Source: Thermoplasmatota archaeon (GTDB lineage Archaea > Thermoplasmatota > E2 > JACPAO01 > JAHFTW01). Taken from it: a stretch of DNA of 64,000 nt. The notes beneath the pieces are model-generated. The model worked only from the letters and a program-made list of their open reading frames with translations. It had not been told where the DNA came from and ran no database searches. The stretch lies in assembly GCA_041659985.1 (NCBI GenBank), contig JBAZXE010000001.1:703-64702 (forward strand). The letters are read 5' to 3'. The position numbers and the translations under genes were made by a program. This document shows, in pieces, positions 30,309 to 39,304 of this stretch; positions within the stretch are counted from its first letter, which is position 1; each line of letters starts with the position of its first letter.

Positions 30309-31178
30309 ATGAACGCCAACCCCCTTCTGCAGACCCCGGCCACCATGCCCAAGAACCACGTCGCCCCTCCCGCCGCCATGGACGCCACGGTCAGCCAAAC
30401 GGCGCCCGGAGGGGTCGCGACCCCCGCTAACGCCTTCACCATCCGTGACCTCAATGCGTGGTACGGCGACAAGCAGGCACTCAAGGCCATCAACCTCGAC
30501 ATCCCCGAACGCCAAGTCACGGCCTTCATCGGCCCCTCGGGCTGCGGCAAGTCGACGTTCCTGCGCTGCCTCAACCGCATGAACGACCTCATCCCCGGGG
30601 CGCGCGTCGAAGGAGACCTACGCTACCGCGGCATTGACGTTCACGGCAAGGGCGTCGACCCCGCCGTCCTGCGCCGCCGCGTCGGCATGGTGTTCCAGAA
30701 GCCCAACCCGTTCCCCAAGTCCATCTTCGAGAACGTCGCCTACGGCCTGCGCCTCGACGGCCAGCTCGACCGCGCCCAAGTCAAGGAGCGCGTCCTGTGG
30801 TCCCTGGAAAAATCGCATCTCCTCGGCGAAGTCGAGGCTCGCCTCGACGAACCCGGCACCAGTTTGTCCGGTGGTCAGCAGCAGCGCCTGTGCATCGCCC
30901 GCGCCCTCGCGGTCAAGCCGGACGTCATCCTGATGGACGAGCCGTGCAGCGCCCTCGACCCCATCGCGACGGCGAAGATCGAGGACCTCATCGCCGAGCT
31001 GCGCGCCGAGTACACGGTCGTCATCGTGACGCACAACATGCAGCAGGCCGCCCGCGTCTCCGACGGGACGGCGTTCTTCTACCTCGGCGAACTGGTCGAG
31101 TACGGTGCCACCCGCATGATCTTCGAGAAACCCGCGAACGAGAAAACGGAAGCCTATGTGACCGGGAGGTTCGGCTGA
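30309..31178 (+). CDS. pstB: Phosphate ABC ATPase
   Basis: [31 protein letters not shown]. Confidence 0.97.
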   Translation: MNANPLLQTPATMPKNHVAPPAAMDATVSQTAPGGVATPANAFTIRDLNAWYGDKQALKAINLDIPERQVTAFIGPSGCGKSTFLRCLNRMNDLIPGARVEGDLRYRGIDVHGKGVDPAVLRRRVGMVFQKPNPFPKSIFENVAYGLRLDGQLDRAQVKERVLWSLEKSHLLGEVEARLDEPGTSLSGGQQQRLCIARALAVKPDVILMDEPCSALDPIATAKIEDLIAELRAEYTVVIVTHNMQQAARVSDGTAFFYLGELVEYGATRMIFEKPANEKTEAYVTGRFG

Positions 31179-31310
31179 TGCGAAGCGAACTCGAACCGAC
31201 CACGACAGAAGGACCTACGCCGATTCACGGGAGGTTCGGCTGATGCGAAGCGAAGCCGAACCGACCAAGCAAACAGGACATACGCCGACTCACGGGAGGT
31301 TTGGCTGATG
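31163..31310 (+). repeat. 65-bp tandem duplication of the pstB stop/next start junction, encoding two 21-aa ORFs (31178-31243, 31243-31308)
   Basis: CGGGAGGTTYGGCTGATG at 31163, 31228 and 31293. Confidence 0.85.
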
Positions 31311-31961
31311 GCCGGCCGCGAGGTCTTCGTCCACCAGATGGACAAGCTCGACGCCCACGTCCTTGACATGGCCAAACTCGCCAAGTCGATGTTGGGCGAC
31401 GGCCTCGACGCCCTCGAGGCTCTCGACGTCGACCTGGCCGAGGCGGTTGCCAAGCGAGCGCAGGAGCTGGCGTCCATGGACGAAGCCATCGAGACCGAGG
31501 CGCTAGGCATCCTCATGCTGCAAGCGCCCGTCGCCAAGGACCTGCGCCGCATCGGCGCCATCCTGAAACTCATCACCTCCATCAACCGCATCGGACGCTA
31601 CGGCTACGACATCGCCAAGGTCGTCAAGGTCATCAAGGACCCTCACCCCAAGGCCATCGCCTCCCTGCGCCAAATGTCGCAGGAAGTGGAGCGCATGGTC
31701 GACATCGCGCTCGACGCGTTCCAGAAGCGCATCGCTCCCGACACGAAACTCATCATGGAGCTGGAGACCGACGTTGACGCGCAGCGCCATACCGTCTGGC
31801 GTTCCTGCCTCACGTACATGGCCGAGGACCCGCGCACCATCGAGGCCTGTGCCCACATCATGATGGTGGCGCGCTACCTCGAGCGCTGCGGCGATCATGT
31901 CGTCAAGATGGCGGAGAAGCTGCACTACGCGGCGACCGGGCAGCGGATCATTCTGAACTGA
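31308..31961 (+). CDS. phoU: Phosphate signalling protein PhoU
   Basis: QAPVAKDLR, ARYLERCGDH. Confidence 0.93.
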   Translation: MAGREVFVHQMDKLDAHVLDMAKLAKSMLGDGLDALEALDVDLAEAVAKRAQELASMDEAIETEALGILMLQAPVAKDLRRIGAILKLITSINRIGRYGYDIAKVVKVIKDPHPKAIASLRQMSQEVERMVDIALDAFQKRIAPDTKLIMELETDVDAQRHTVWRSCLTYMAEDPRTIEACAHIMMVARYLERCGDHVVKMAEKLHYAATGQRIILN

Positions 31962-31991
31962 CGTGCAACGAAACAACTCAACGAGGCGAAC

Positions 31992-32531
31992 CTAAGTCGT
32001 CCCTTGAGTGCATAGCTCGTCTTCCAATTTGACCATTCTAATGGTCATAGCCTGCACCAAGTGAATCTTGATTTCTAATTCATCGAGGTCGAAGTCGCGC
32101 GATGGCCACGGTTCATCTGGATGTCGTTTACGCAGGGGGTACTGGAGGATGAACTCCTGATTTTGAGGGCCGGAGCCTTGCAGCGGCGGCGCGTGGACCA
32201 AGCCGTTCCGATATACTGCCAAGTCTCGAATTTCTTTGGCTAGCTCGGCCATCGTTTTTTGTTGGCCGGGCGATAGTTCGCAAGCTTCTGCAAGTGGACT
32301 CAGCAGCCCCGCCATCGCTGTGACTTGGAGTTGCTGCACGACATACTGGACGCGTGGATGCAGTGGAATTGCGGGATGCTTTCGAGGTATCACGAGGGCT
32401 GTGACGATTCGCGAGAGCTGATTTTCCAGGAAACCAAAATTGCGGACAAATGTCCCCAACAATCGATCCATACGCTCTTCAATGGCGCGTGACCGAATGG
32501 CCGGCGTTTCCTGCTGCTCCGAGTTCGCCAT
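31992..32531 (-). CDS. Low-GC hypothetical protein with HEPN-like Rx4H motif
   Basis: YRNGLVH; visibly more AT-rich than its neighbours. Confidence 0.6.
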   Translation of the reverse strand: MANSEQQETPAIRSRAIEERMDRLLGTFVRNFGFLENQLSRIVTALVIPRKHPAIPLHPRVQYVVQQLQVTAMAGLLSPLAEACELSPGQQKTMAELAKEIRDLAVYRNGLVHAPPLQGSGPQNQEFILQYPLRKRHPDEPWPSRDFDLDELEIKIHLVQAMTIRMVKLEDELCTQGTT

Positions 32532-32539
32532 TGAGCAGC

Positions 32540-33769
32540 CTATGCCGCAACAGGCTTCTTCGCCGTCCACTCCGACATGACGTGGCCGAGGCGCTCGACG
32601 CCGATGGCGATCTTGTCGTCGCTCGGGTGGCTGAAGTTGAGGCGCATCGTGTTGAAGCCCTCGTTCGGGTCCGGGTAGAATGACTTGCCGGGCACGAAGG
32701 CGACGTCCTTGGCGATGGCGTCCTTGAGCATCTCGATGGTGTTGACGTGCGGAGCCATTTTTGCCCAGGTGAACAGGCCGCCCTGGGACTTGGTCCAATG
32801 CGTTCCTTCCTTGGGGAAGTGGCGGTCCATGGCCTTCAGCATGAGGTCGCGCTTCTTGCGGTAGAGGCTGATGATCTCGGGCAGATGGCGGTCGATGAGG
32901 CCGCCGGCCAGAAGATCGGCCGCGATGTACTGCGTGAAGGCGTTGGTGCAAAGGTCGACGCTCTGCTTGCTGATGACCATCTTGCGCGTCACGTCGTGCG
33001 GCGCCACGGCCCACGCCAGGCGGAAGCCCGGCACGAGGATCTTGCTGAACGTGCCCAGGTAGATGACGCGGCCCTCGCCCTTGTCCATCGAGTGGATGGA
33101 GGGGATTTCGTCGCCCTCGAAGCGGAGCTTGCCGTAGGGGTCGTCCTCGACGATGAGGAGGTTGTGCTCGTGCGCCAGCTCGAGGATCTTCTTGCGGCGG
33201 CCGGCGGGGATGCTGGTGCCGGTCGGGTTGGCGAACGTCGGCACGAGGTAGAGGAATTTGGGGTGGATGCCCTGGCGCTTCAGGCGTTGCAGGGTCTCGT
33301 CCAGCTTCTCCGGGATCACTCCGTCGTCGTCCGAATCCGCGGCGGCGTACTTGGCTCCGAAGTAGTTGAAGGACTGCAGCGCGCCGAGGTAGGTCGGGTT
33401 GCCGACCACGAGGGTGTCGCCCCGGTCGATGAAGACGCGGCCCAGGAGGTCAAGGCCTTGCTGCGAGCCGTTGGTGATGAGGACCTCGTCGGGATGGACG
33501 TCCATGCCGTCCTTGCGCAGGTGCTCCGCGACCGCTTCGCGCAGCACAGTGACGCCCTCCGTCGTGGAGTACTGCAGTGCCTGCTTGGCGTGGTCGCGCA
33601 GGACCCGCTTTGTGGCCTCCTCGACCTCGTGGACCGGGAACGAGGCCGGATTGGGCAGGCCACCCGCGAAACTGATGATGGAGGGTTTCTCCGTGAGCTT
33701 GAGCAGCTCGCGGATTTCACTCGCCTTCATCAGGTGGGTGCGGTTCGAGTAGAGGGGACCGAAGTCCAC
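32540..33769 (-). CDS. PLP-dependent class I/II aminotransferase (LysN/ARO8-like)
   Basis: ISFAGGLP, NPTG, EDDPY, GTFSKILVPGFRL. Confidence 0.92.
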   Translation of the reverse strand: MDFGPLYSNRTHLMKASEIRELLKLTEKPSIISFAGGLPNPASFPVHEVEEATKRVLRDHAKQALQYSTTEGVTVLREAVAEHLRKDGMDVHPDEVLITNGSQQGLDLLGRVFIDRGDTLVVGNPTYLGALQSFNYFGAKYAAADSDDDGVIPEKLDETLQRLKRQGIHPKFLYLVPTFANPTGTSIPAGRRKKILELAHEHNLLIVEDDPYGKLRFEGDEIPSIHSMDKGEGRVIYLGTFSKILVPGFRLAWAVAPHDVTRKMVISKQSVDLCTNAFTQYIAADLLAGGLIDRHLPEIISLYRKKRDLMLKAMDRHFPKEGTHWTKSQGGLFTWAKMAPHVNTIEMLKDAIAKDVAFVPGKSFYPDPNEGFNTMRLNFSHPSDDKIAIGVERLGHVMSEWTAKKPVAA

Positions 33770-33843
33770 GAAACGGTCCAGGGCCGAATGTGATAAAGAG
33801 CTTCGGCCGAATGGCCGTGGAAAAGAACCCCGTACAACCAATT

Positions 33844-33890
33844 CGTTCAATTCTAAACGAAATCACGTTTGTTGGCCACAGAATTGAACG
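33844..33890. promoter_or_regulatory. Candidate operator CGTTCAATTCT-N25-AGAATTGAACG
   Basis: Perfect 11-bp inverted repeat in an AT-rich gap upstream of the aminotransferase. Confidence 0.5.
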
Positions 33891-33962
33891 TGACTAGGCA
33901 AAAGCGGCACGCACGGGTCCATTGCTAGTGAACCAGTAAAAGGCCTGCATGGGGCGCGTTGT

Positions 33963-34559
33963 TCAGCCGTCGACCGGATTGCCGTCCGGATCGTAGACCA
34001 GCATGCCGACCTTCAGCTGCTCCGCCTGCTCCGGCGGGATGGGTTCATGCATCGCGCCTTCGCCGAGGATCGCCGAGTTGCCAAACGGGTCCTCGATGAT
34101 CAGGGTGACCGGCGGCGCCTTGCCGTCGCGCATCATGGCGAACGTGTCCTGCAGGTCCCGGATGCGGTCGCGCATTGCCTCATCTTCGGCGTCCCGCATC
34201 AGCTGCGTCAGGATCCGCTCGACGCGGACCATGACGCCTTCGATGTTGCTGACGAACGCCTCCGAAGCGGCGCCGGGTTCGATGGTGATGCCCAGCTCGG
34301 GGATGCGCACGGTCCCACTGGACGAGCGCACGACGCGGACCATCATGTCGTCGCCCGTCTTCACGACGTAGGAGTAACGCGTCGGCTCGCGGTGCTCGGT
34401 GAGCACGAAATCGGTGTGCCGGTAGCCGCAGCGCTCGCACCGCAGCATGATCTCCAGGCTGGTGCCCATGAAGGGAAGTTCGACCGGCTCGGTCGTGTAC
34501 TCCAGACCCTTGCCGTCGCAGGAAGGGCACGTGGCTTCCTCGATGGTGGCGTGGGGCAC
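33963..34559 (-). CDS. ZPR1 zinc-finger protein
   Basis: CPSC, CERCGYR, IPELG, SNIEG, DPFGNSAI. Confidence 0.93.
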   Translation of the reverse strand: MPHATIEEATCPSCDGKGLEYTTEPVELPFMGTSLEIMLRCERCGYRHTDFVLTEHREPTRYSYVVKTGDDMMVRVVRSSSGTVRIPELGITIEPGAASEAFVSNIEGVMVRVERILTQLMRDAEDEAMRDRIRDLQDTFAMMRDGKAPPVTLIIEDPFGNSAILGEGAMHEPIPPEQAEQLKVGMLVYDPDGNPVDG

Positions 34560-34753
34560 AGGTCGCGGCCAGGCGGCCTCCAAGAAAAGCCTTCGGCCCG
34601 GAGTCGTACCGCGCCGCCCACGACGAAGCAGGAATTTCGGGAAACCCGGAAAGTGTGCGGGGAAAGTCCCGCAAATTCCCGTAATTCCGGTTTGGTCTGG
34701 AGTGGCGTGGCAAGCGGCGGTGGTTTGAAGGCCGCATCTTGGGTCGTCGCCGC

Positions 34754-35185
34754 ATGGAGGAGCCGCGCATCGTCACCCTGCGGGAGCGACCGGTCGCCGT
34801 CGTGCAGCACCGGGGCCCGGTCGAGGCCATCGATGACACGCGCCGTCCCCTCTACCGCCACATGGTGATGAACGAGCTCGTGGGCGGCCCGAGCATCATC
34901 CGCTTCCTGGACCAGCCGCAAGGTGAACACCAGGTGGATGCCTTGGTTCTCACGCATCTGGGTTTCGACGGCGACGAGGTCTGCCAGATCGAGACCCTGG
35001 CCGGCGGGCGTTACGCGGTGCTCGACTACGAAGGCCACCCCGAGGGACTTGCCAAGGCCCGCGCCCGTCTGCAGGAGTGGGTGCATCGCAAAGGATTGCA
35101 CGCGGCGGGTCCGGTCCTCCAGGTCCACCTCATGGACCCGATTGACGGCATCGTCGAGGAACAGCTCCAGGTCCCCCTGGCCTGA
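34754..35185 (+). CDS. GyrI-like small-molecule-binding protein
   Basis: HRGP, LAGGRYAVLDYEG. Confidence 0.75.
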   Translation: MEEPRIVTLRERPVAVVQHRGPVEAIDDTRRPLYRHMVMNELVGGPSIIRFLDQPQGEHQVDALVLTHLGFDGDEVCQIETLAGGRYAVLDYEGHPEGLAKARARLQEWVHRKGLHAAGPVLQVHLMDPIDGIVEEQLQVPLA

Positions 35186-35239
35186 ACCCGCCTTGCAGGG
35201 TCGGGAGCCCTTATCACGCCCGAGGCGCGTCGTGGGCCG

Positions 35240-35803
35240 ATGCTCAAGCAGGGCGACGCGGCCCCCGACTTCGTCCTGAAGGACGCGCAGGGCCGCGATG
35301 TGCGCCTTTCCGGCTTCTCCGGCTCCGCCATTGTGCTGTACTTCTACCCGAGGGACAACACGCCGGGCTGCACCATCCAGGCCAAGCGGTTCAAGGACCA
35401 CTACGCCGAAATCGGGGCCCATGGCGCGGTCGTCGTCGGCGTCAGCCTGGATCCCGTCGAGACGCACAAGGAGTTCTCCGACAGCTGCGACCTGCCCTTC
35501 CCGCTTCTGGCCGACCCCGACGGCCGCGTGCATGACCTGTATGACGCGTGGCGCACGACGCTCTTGGGCCGCTCCTCGTTGGGAGTCCGCCGCTGCACGT
35601 TCCTCATCGACGGCGACGGCATCATCTACGAGGTGTACAAGACCGTCAATGTCTTCACGCACGCCAACACGGTGCTGAAGGACCTGGAACGGCTCAAGGC
35701 GCAGAAGGCGTGGGGTCGCCACACCAACGGCGTCGAGAAGGAGCGCAAGCGCCGCAAGAAGGAGACCGACCCGTTCCAGGGCGATGATGTCGTGAAGCGC
35801 TGA
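35240..35803 (+). CDS. bcp: Peroxiredoxin (BCP/PrxQ)
   Basis: FYPRDNTPGCT, FPLLAD, RCTFLID. Confidence 0.9.
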   Translation: MLKQGDAAPDFVLKDAQGRDVRLSGFSGSAIVLYFYPRDNTPGCTIQAKRFKDHYAEIGAHGAVVVGVSLDPVETHKEFSDSCDLPFPLLADPDGRVHDLYDAWRTTLLGRSSLGVRRCTFLIDGDGIIYEVYKTVNVFTHANTVLKDLERLKAQKAWGRHTNGVEKERKRRKKETDPFQGDDVVKR

Positions 35804-35807
35804 TGGC

Positions 35808-36038
35808 TTAGAGGTCTGGCTTCGGCCAGAAGGCCGACACAACGAAGAAGAAGAACAGGGCGAGGAGCGCGGCGGCCGCCAGGCCAAGGGCGAGCGCCCT
35901 CAGGACTTTGCGCCCCCGGGCCGCCAGCCGCGCCTTGGACTGTGCGACCGCCTCCTCGGCCATTCGGCCCGCCGGCCGCACAAGGTCCGTCGGGGCGCCG
36001 AGCGGCTCGACGGCCAGTGCGTCGGCGTCATCCGCCAT
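35808..36038 (-). CDS. Small hypothetical membrane protein
   Basis: C-terminal TM; tightly packed after the channel gene. Confidence 0.55.
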   Translation of the reverse strand: MADDADALAVEPLGAPTDLVRPAGRMAEEAVAQSKARLAARGRKVLRALALGLAAAALLALFFFFVVSAFWPKPDL

Positions 36039-36040
36039 GC

Positions 36041-36829
36041 TCAGCCCCCCAGCACCTTGCGTTTGGCCAGCGCGAATTCCTCGTCCGTGAGGCGTCCGCG
36101 CTCGTGCAAAGCCACCAAGACCTCCAACTGCTGCGTGACGTTCCCGGCCATCACGGGAGGCGCCATCGCCTCCGATGCGGCTGCGTCTTCCTTCTGCGTG
36201 ATGAGCACGCTGGCCACTGACGAGGCCAGGGCGCCAATGGTGCCGATTCCCGTGACCATCAAAATCGCGGCGACGAACCGGCCGGTGTCGGTGACCGGCG
36301 TGACGTCACCATAGCCCACCGTCGTGACGGTCACGATGGCCCACCAAAGGGCGATGCGGAAGTCCGTGATCTTCGCCAACGGGTCGTTGCGTTCCAGGGC
36401 CAGGACCAAGAGGGCGCCGACCAGCGTGATGCTCCCCGCCACGGCGCCAATTTTGAGGATTGAGGATTCCTTGGCGATGCGCTCCCAAGTGCCCAAGGCT
36501 TCGCCGAGCCTGCCGAAGACGCGCAGGATGCGCACCAGCCGGAACAGGCGCAGGAAGCGCAGGAACGACGGCACCGGCAGGACCAGCGGCAGCATTCCCA
36601 GCAATTCCCAGCCATGGCGCAGTGCGTAGCGGCCCGGAGCGGCATCGTGCCAGACCCGCCACCCCCATTCCCCAACGAAGAACGCCACCAGCGCCAGGTC
36701 AAGGATGGCCAGCACGGTGCGGACGGCGGCATCCGACGTCGATTCGTACCAGAACATGATGGCGACCGAGTCAATCAACAGACCGACGAGGACCCAGTCC
36801 CAAGCGCCCATCCGGCGCCGGTTCGCCAT
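36041..36829 (-). CDS. Voltage-gated-type potassium channel with C-terminal SHOCT domain
   Basis: S4-like LRFLRLFRLVR, TVGYGD filter, LHERGRLTDEEF..K. Confidence 0.9.
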   Translation of the reverse strand: MANRRRMGAWDWVLVGLLIDSVAIMFWYESTSDAAVRTVLAILDLALVAFFVGEWGWRVWHDAAPGRYALRHGWELLGMLPLVLPVPSFLRFLRLFRLVRILRVFGRLGEALGTWERIAKESSILKIGAVAGSITLVGALLVLALERNDPLAKITDFRIALWWAIVTVTTVGYGDVTPVTDTGRFVAAILMVTGIGTIGALASSVASVLITQKEDAAASEAMAPPVMAGNVTQQLEVLVALHERGRLTDEEFALAKRKVLGG

Positions 36830-36879
36830 GTCGCGCCCATCCGGCAAAAGCCGTATAGCCTTGCCCTTGTCCAACGGGT

Positions 36880-37437
36880 GTGTCCGACTCTCCCGACCGG
36901 ATGGACCTGCACGAGTTCCGCAATTCCCGCCGTCGCAAGACGGACAACCTCCTGAAGGAGGACCACCGGGACCTCAAACGCTTCTTCGCGCTCGATTCCG
37001 CGGCGTACCGCGACCTGACGGCGCAAGGCGGCCTCGACGAGAAGACCAAGGAACTGCTGGGTCTCGTCGCCTCGACGGTATTGCGCTGCAACGACTGCAT
37101 CGCCTACCACTGCGACCGCTGCGTCGAAGTCGGCTGGACGAAGGCGGAGCTTCTCGACGCGCTCAACGTCGCCCTCGTCGTCGGGGGCAGCATCACCATC
37201 CCACACATCCGCACCGTCTGGGAGGTCGTGGAGCAACTGTACGACGAACAAACCGAGAAGGTCAAGGCGCCCGAGCGCGCCAAGGCGCTCGACCACGCGG
37301 CCCACGAGATCAAGGCCGGCGCACAGGAACGCAAGCCGTCCACGGCCGCCTTGACGCTCGGCCTCACCCCGTCTGCTGCCGCCCCGCCCCCGTCCGCCGC
37401 CGCCAAGACGTCGCGCCACCGCAAGCCGGCGAAGTGA
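36880..37437 (+). CDS. AhpD/carboxymuconolactone decarboxylase family protein
   Basis: LDEKTKEL, RCNDCIAYH; start may be the ATG at 36901. Confidence 0.85.
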   Translation: MSDSPDRMDLHEFRNSRRRKTDNLLKEDHRDLKRFFALDSAAYRDLTAQGGLDEKTKELLGLVASTVLRCNDCIAYHCDRCVEVGWTKAELLDALNVALVVGGSITIPHIRTVWEVVEQLYDEQTEKVKAPERAKALDHAAHEIKAGAQERKPSTAALTLGLTPSAAAPPPSAAAKTSRHRKPAK

Positions 37438-37442
37438 ACGGC

Positions 37443-38315
37443 ATGCGGGCCTGGGCGTCGTTTGCATTGATCCTCATCGTGGCCCTTGCAGGTTGCGTTG
37501 GCGGCGACGACGGCCCCAGTAGTTCCAATCCCACCGAATCGGCCAGTTCATCCTCTTCGGCCAGCGGCGCTCCGCCGACGACGCAAGGCGTCATCGTGGA
37601 CCTCCTGCCGGATTTCGCCTTCGAATCGTGCCGCGGCCTTTCCGTGCGGTCGGCGCAGCCCCTCGATCAGGTGCAAGCGCTACTGCCGGAGGGCTTCACG
37701 GCGGCATCCGCGCCGGTGGAGCCGGCGGGGACGGCGGTTCTGGGCTTGGACCTCTACGCGTGCGGCAACCTAACGACCCCGGATGCCAGCATCCCAGACA
37801 CGGTCTTCGGAGTCCTCTATACGCACGTGCTGCGCCCCGTCGACCGCCTTCCAGCCGCCCCGGAGGCAGATGTGCATGAGTACGCGTTCCGCGTGCTGGC
37901 GCGCGACGACGTGCTGGCGCGACTGTGGCCGGCCGCTGGCTACGAGACGCGCAACGGCACCGCCGACGTGACCCTCGACCCGGTCGGGGAGGGGCTGCCC
38001 TTTGATCCAGGCTTGCGCCTCGGCAACGGCTCCGTCGGCGGCCAGTACTTCGTCCTGGGCTCGGGTTCGCCGGCCATACCACCGGCGCCTTCGTCGGGGA
38101 GTTTTGCCCGCTACACCGTTGTCGCCAATGACGAATCGGTGCTGGTCTGGACCGGGACGTACTCCTTCTCCAACCTGCTCATCGGCCAAGGGACGTTCGA
38201 GGTCCCCGACGACGATCCGTTCGCGGGCTTCGAGAGCGCCAACAACCTGCCCGGCCTGGCTCGCCTCTTCGAGACGGGAAGCATCCTCGACCAGGATTTG
38301 CGCCGTTTCTTCTGA
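37443..38315 (+). CDS. Hypothetical lipoprotein
   Basis: LAGC lipobox, Ser-rich linker. Confidence 0.75.
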   Translation: MRAWASFALILIVALAGCVGGDDGPSSSNPTESASSSSSASGAPPTTQGVIVDLLPDFAFESCRGLSVRSAQPLDQVQALLPEGFTAASAPVEPAGTAVLGLDLYACGNLTTPDASIPDTVFGVLYTHVLRPVDRLPAAPEADVHEYAFRVLARDDVLARLWPAAGYETRNGTADVTLDPVGEGLPFDPGLRLGNGSVGGQYFVLGSGSPAIPPAPSSGSFARYTVVANDESVLVWTGTYSFSNLLIGQGTFEVPDDDPFAGFESANNLPGLARLFETGSILDQDLRRFF

Positions 38316-38326
38316 TTGGCGGTCGC

Positions 38327-39235
38327 CTAGACGGAGCGCAGGAAGGACGCGACCCGCGGCACCAGAAGGTCCGGGATGTCTTCTTGCAACCAATGCCCGG
38401 CATGGTCGAAGAACACCGGCTTCGGGTGGCTGGGCAGGGCCTCCGAGAACGCCCAGGCGAACCGCTTGCTGAATGCAGGGTCCTTGGCGCCCCACAGGAT
38501 CTCCGCGGGGACGGTGAGGTTCGGCAGGTCCCGCTCGATGCGCGACAGGGTGTCCCAGTCCGGGTGGCCGGGGCGGTCTGGGATCATGCGGGGCGATTGG
38601 ACGACGCCGACGCGGGAGGCGGCGGTCGGGAACGGATGGCGGTAGCCGTCCATGACGCTGGGCGGCAGCGGCTTCTGCATGAGCTTGGGGATGAACCGCT
38701 CGACGAACAGATTGCGCCGACCATACGCGAACTCGCCGATGCCCGGAGCCTTGAGCAAGCGGAAGCCCAAAGGCAAGCGGATGGGCGCGCGCCGGGTGAA
38801 CGCCCAGGTGTTGAGGATGACGAGGCCGCTGATGTCCGAGGCGTGGCGCGTGGCGTAGCCGAGGCCGATGGGTCCGCCCCAGTCCTGCACGACAGGGACG
38901 ACGCGTCGCAGGCCCAGCTCCGAGACGAGTTCCTCCAGGTTCTTGATGTGCTTCTCGAGCGAGTAGTAGCGGGGATCTGAGGGATGGTCGCTGCGACCGA
39001 AGCCGGCGTGGTCGACGGCCACCACGCGGGCGACCTTGGAGAGCGACCGAATCCAGTCTCGGTAGAGGAAGCTCCAGGTCGGATTGCCGTGCAGCAGCAG
39101 GACCGTCGGCTTGCGGAAGTCGCCGCCCCACTCGACGTAGTGCATCGTCGTGCCGTCCGACAACCGGACGTACCGGTCCTCGAACGGGTAGAGGTCGCCG
39201 AGGACCGCGTCGGGGACGCCGTTGCGAACCGCCAC
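38327..39235 (-). CDS. Alpha/beta hydrolase, haloalkane-dehalogenase/OleB-like
   Basis: HGNPTW, QDWGG, GHWLQED. Confidence 0.88.
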   Translation of the reverse strand: MAVRNGVPDAVLGDLYPFEDRYVRLSDGTTMHYVEWGGDFRKPTVLLLHGNPTWSFLYRDWIRSLSKVARVVAVDHAGFGRSDHPSDPRYYSLEKHIKNLEELVSELGLRRVVPVVQDWGGPIGLGYATRHASDISGLVILNTWAFTRRAPIRLPLGFRLLKAPGIGEFAYGRRNLFVERFIPKLMQKPLPPSVMDGYRHPFPTAASRVGVVQSPRMIPDRPGHPDWDTLSRIERDLPNLTVPAEILWGAKDPAFSKRFAWAFSEALPSHPKPVFFDHAGHWLQEDIPDLLVPRVASFLRSV

Positions 39236-39304
39236 GGCCGTCCATCGCCGGGTGGGCTTAAGGGCGGCGTGTTTGGCGCACGGCCGCCCGGCGGACCAGG
39301 CCGT

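Noticed and set aside
31163..31310. Mini CRISPR array
   Set aside because: The 'spacers' are homologous to each other, the repeat is the gene junction itself, and there are no cas genes.
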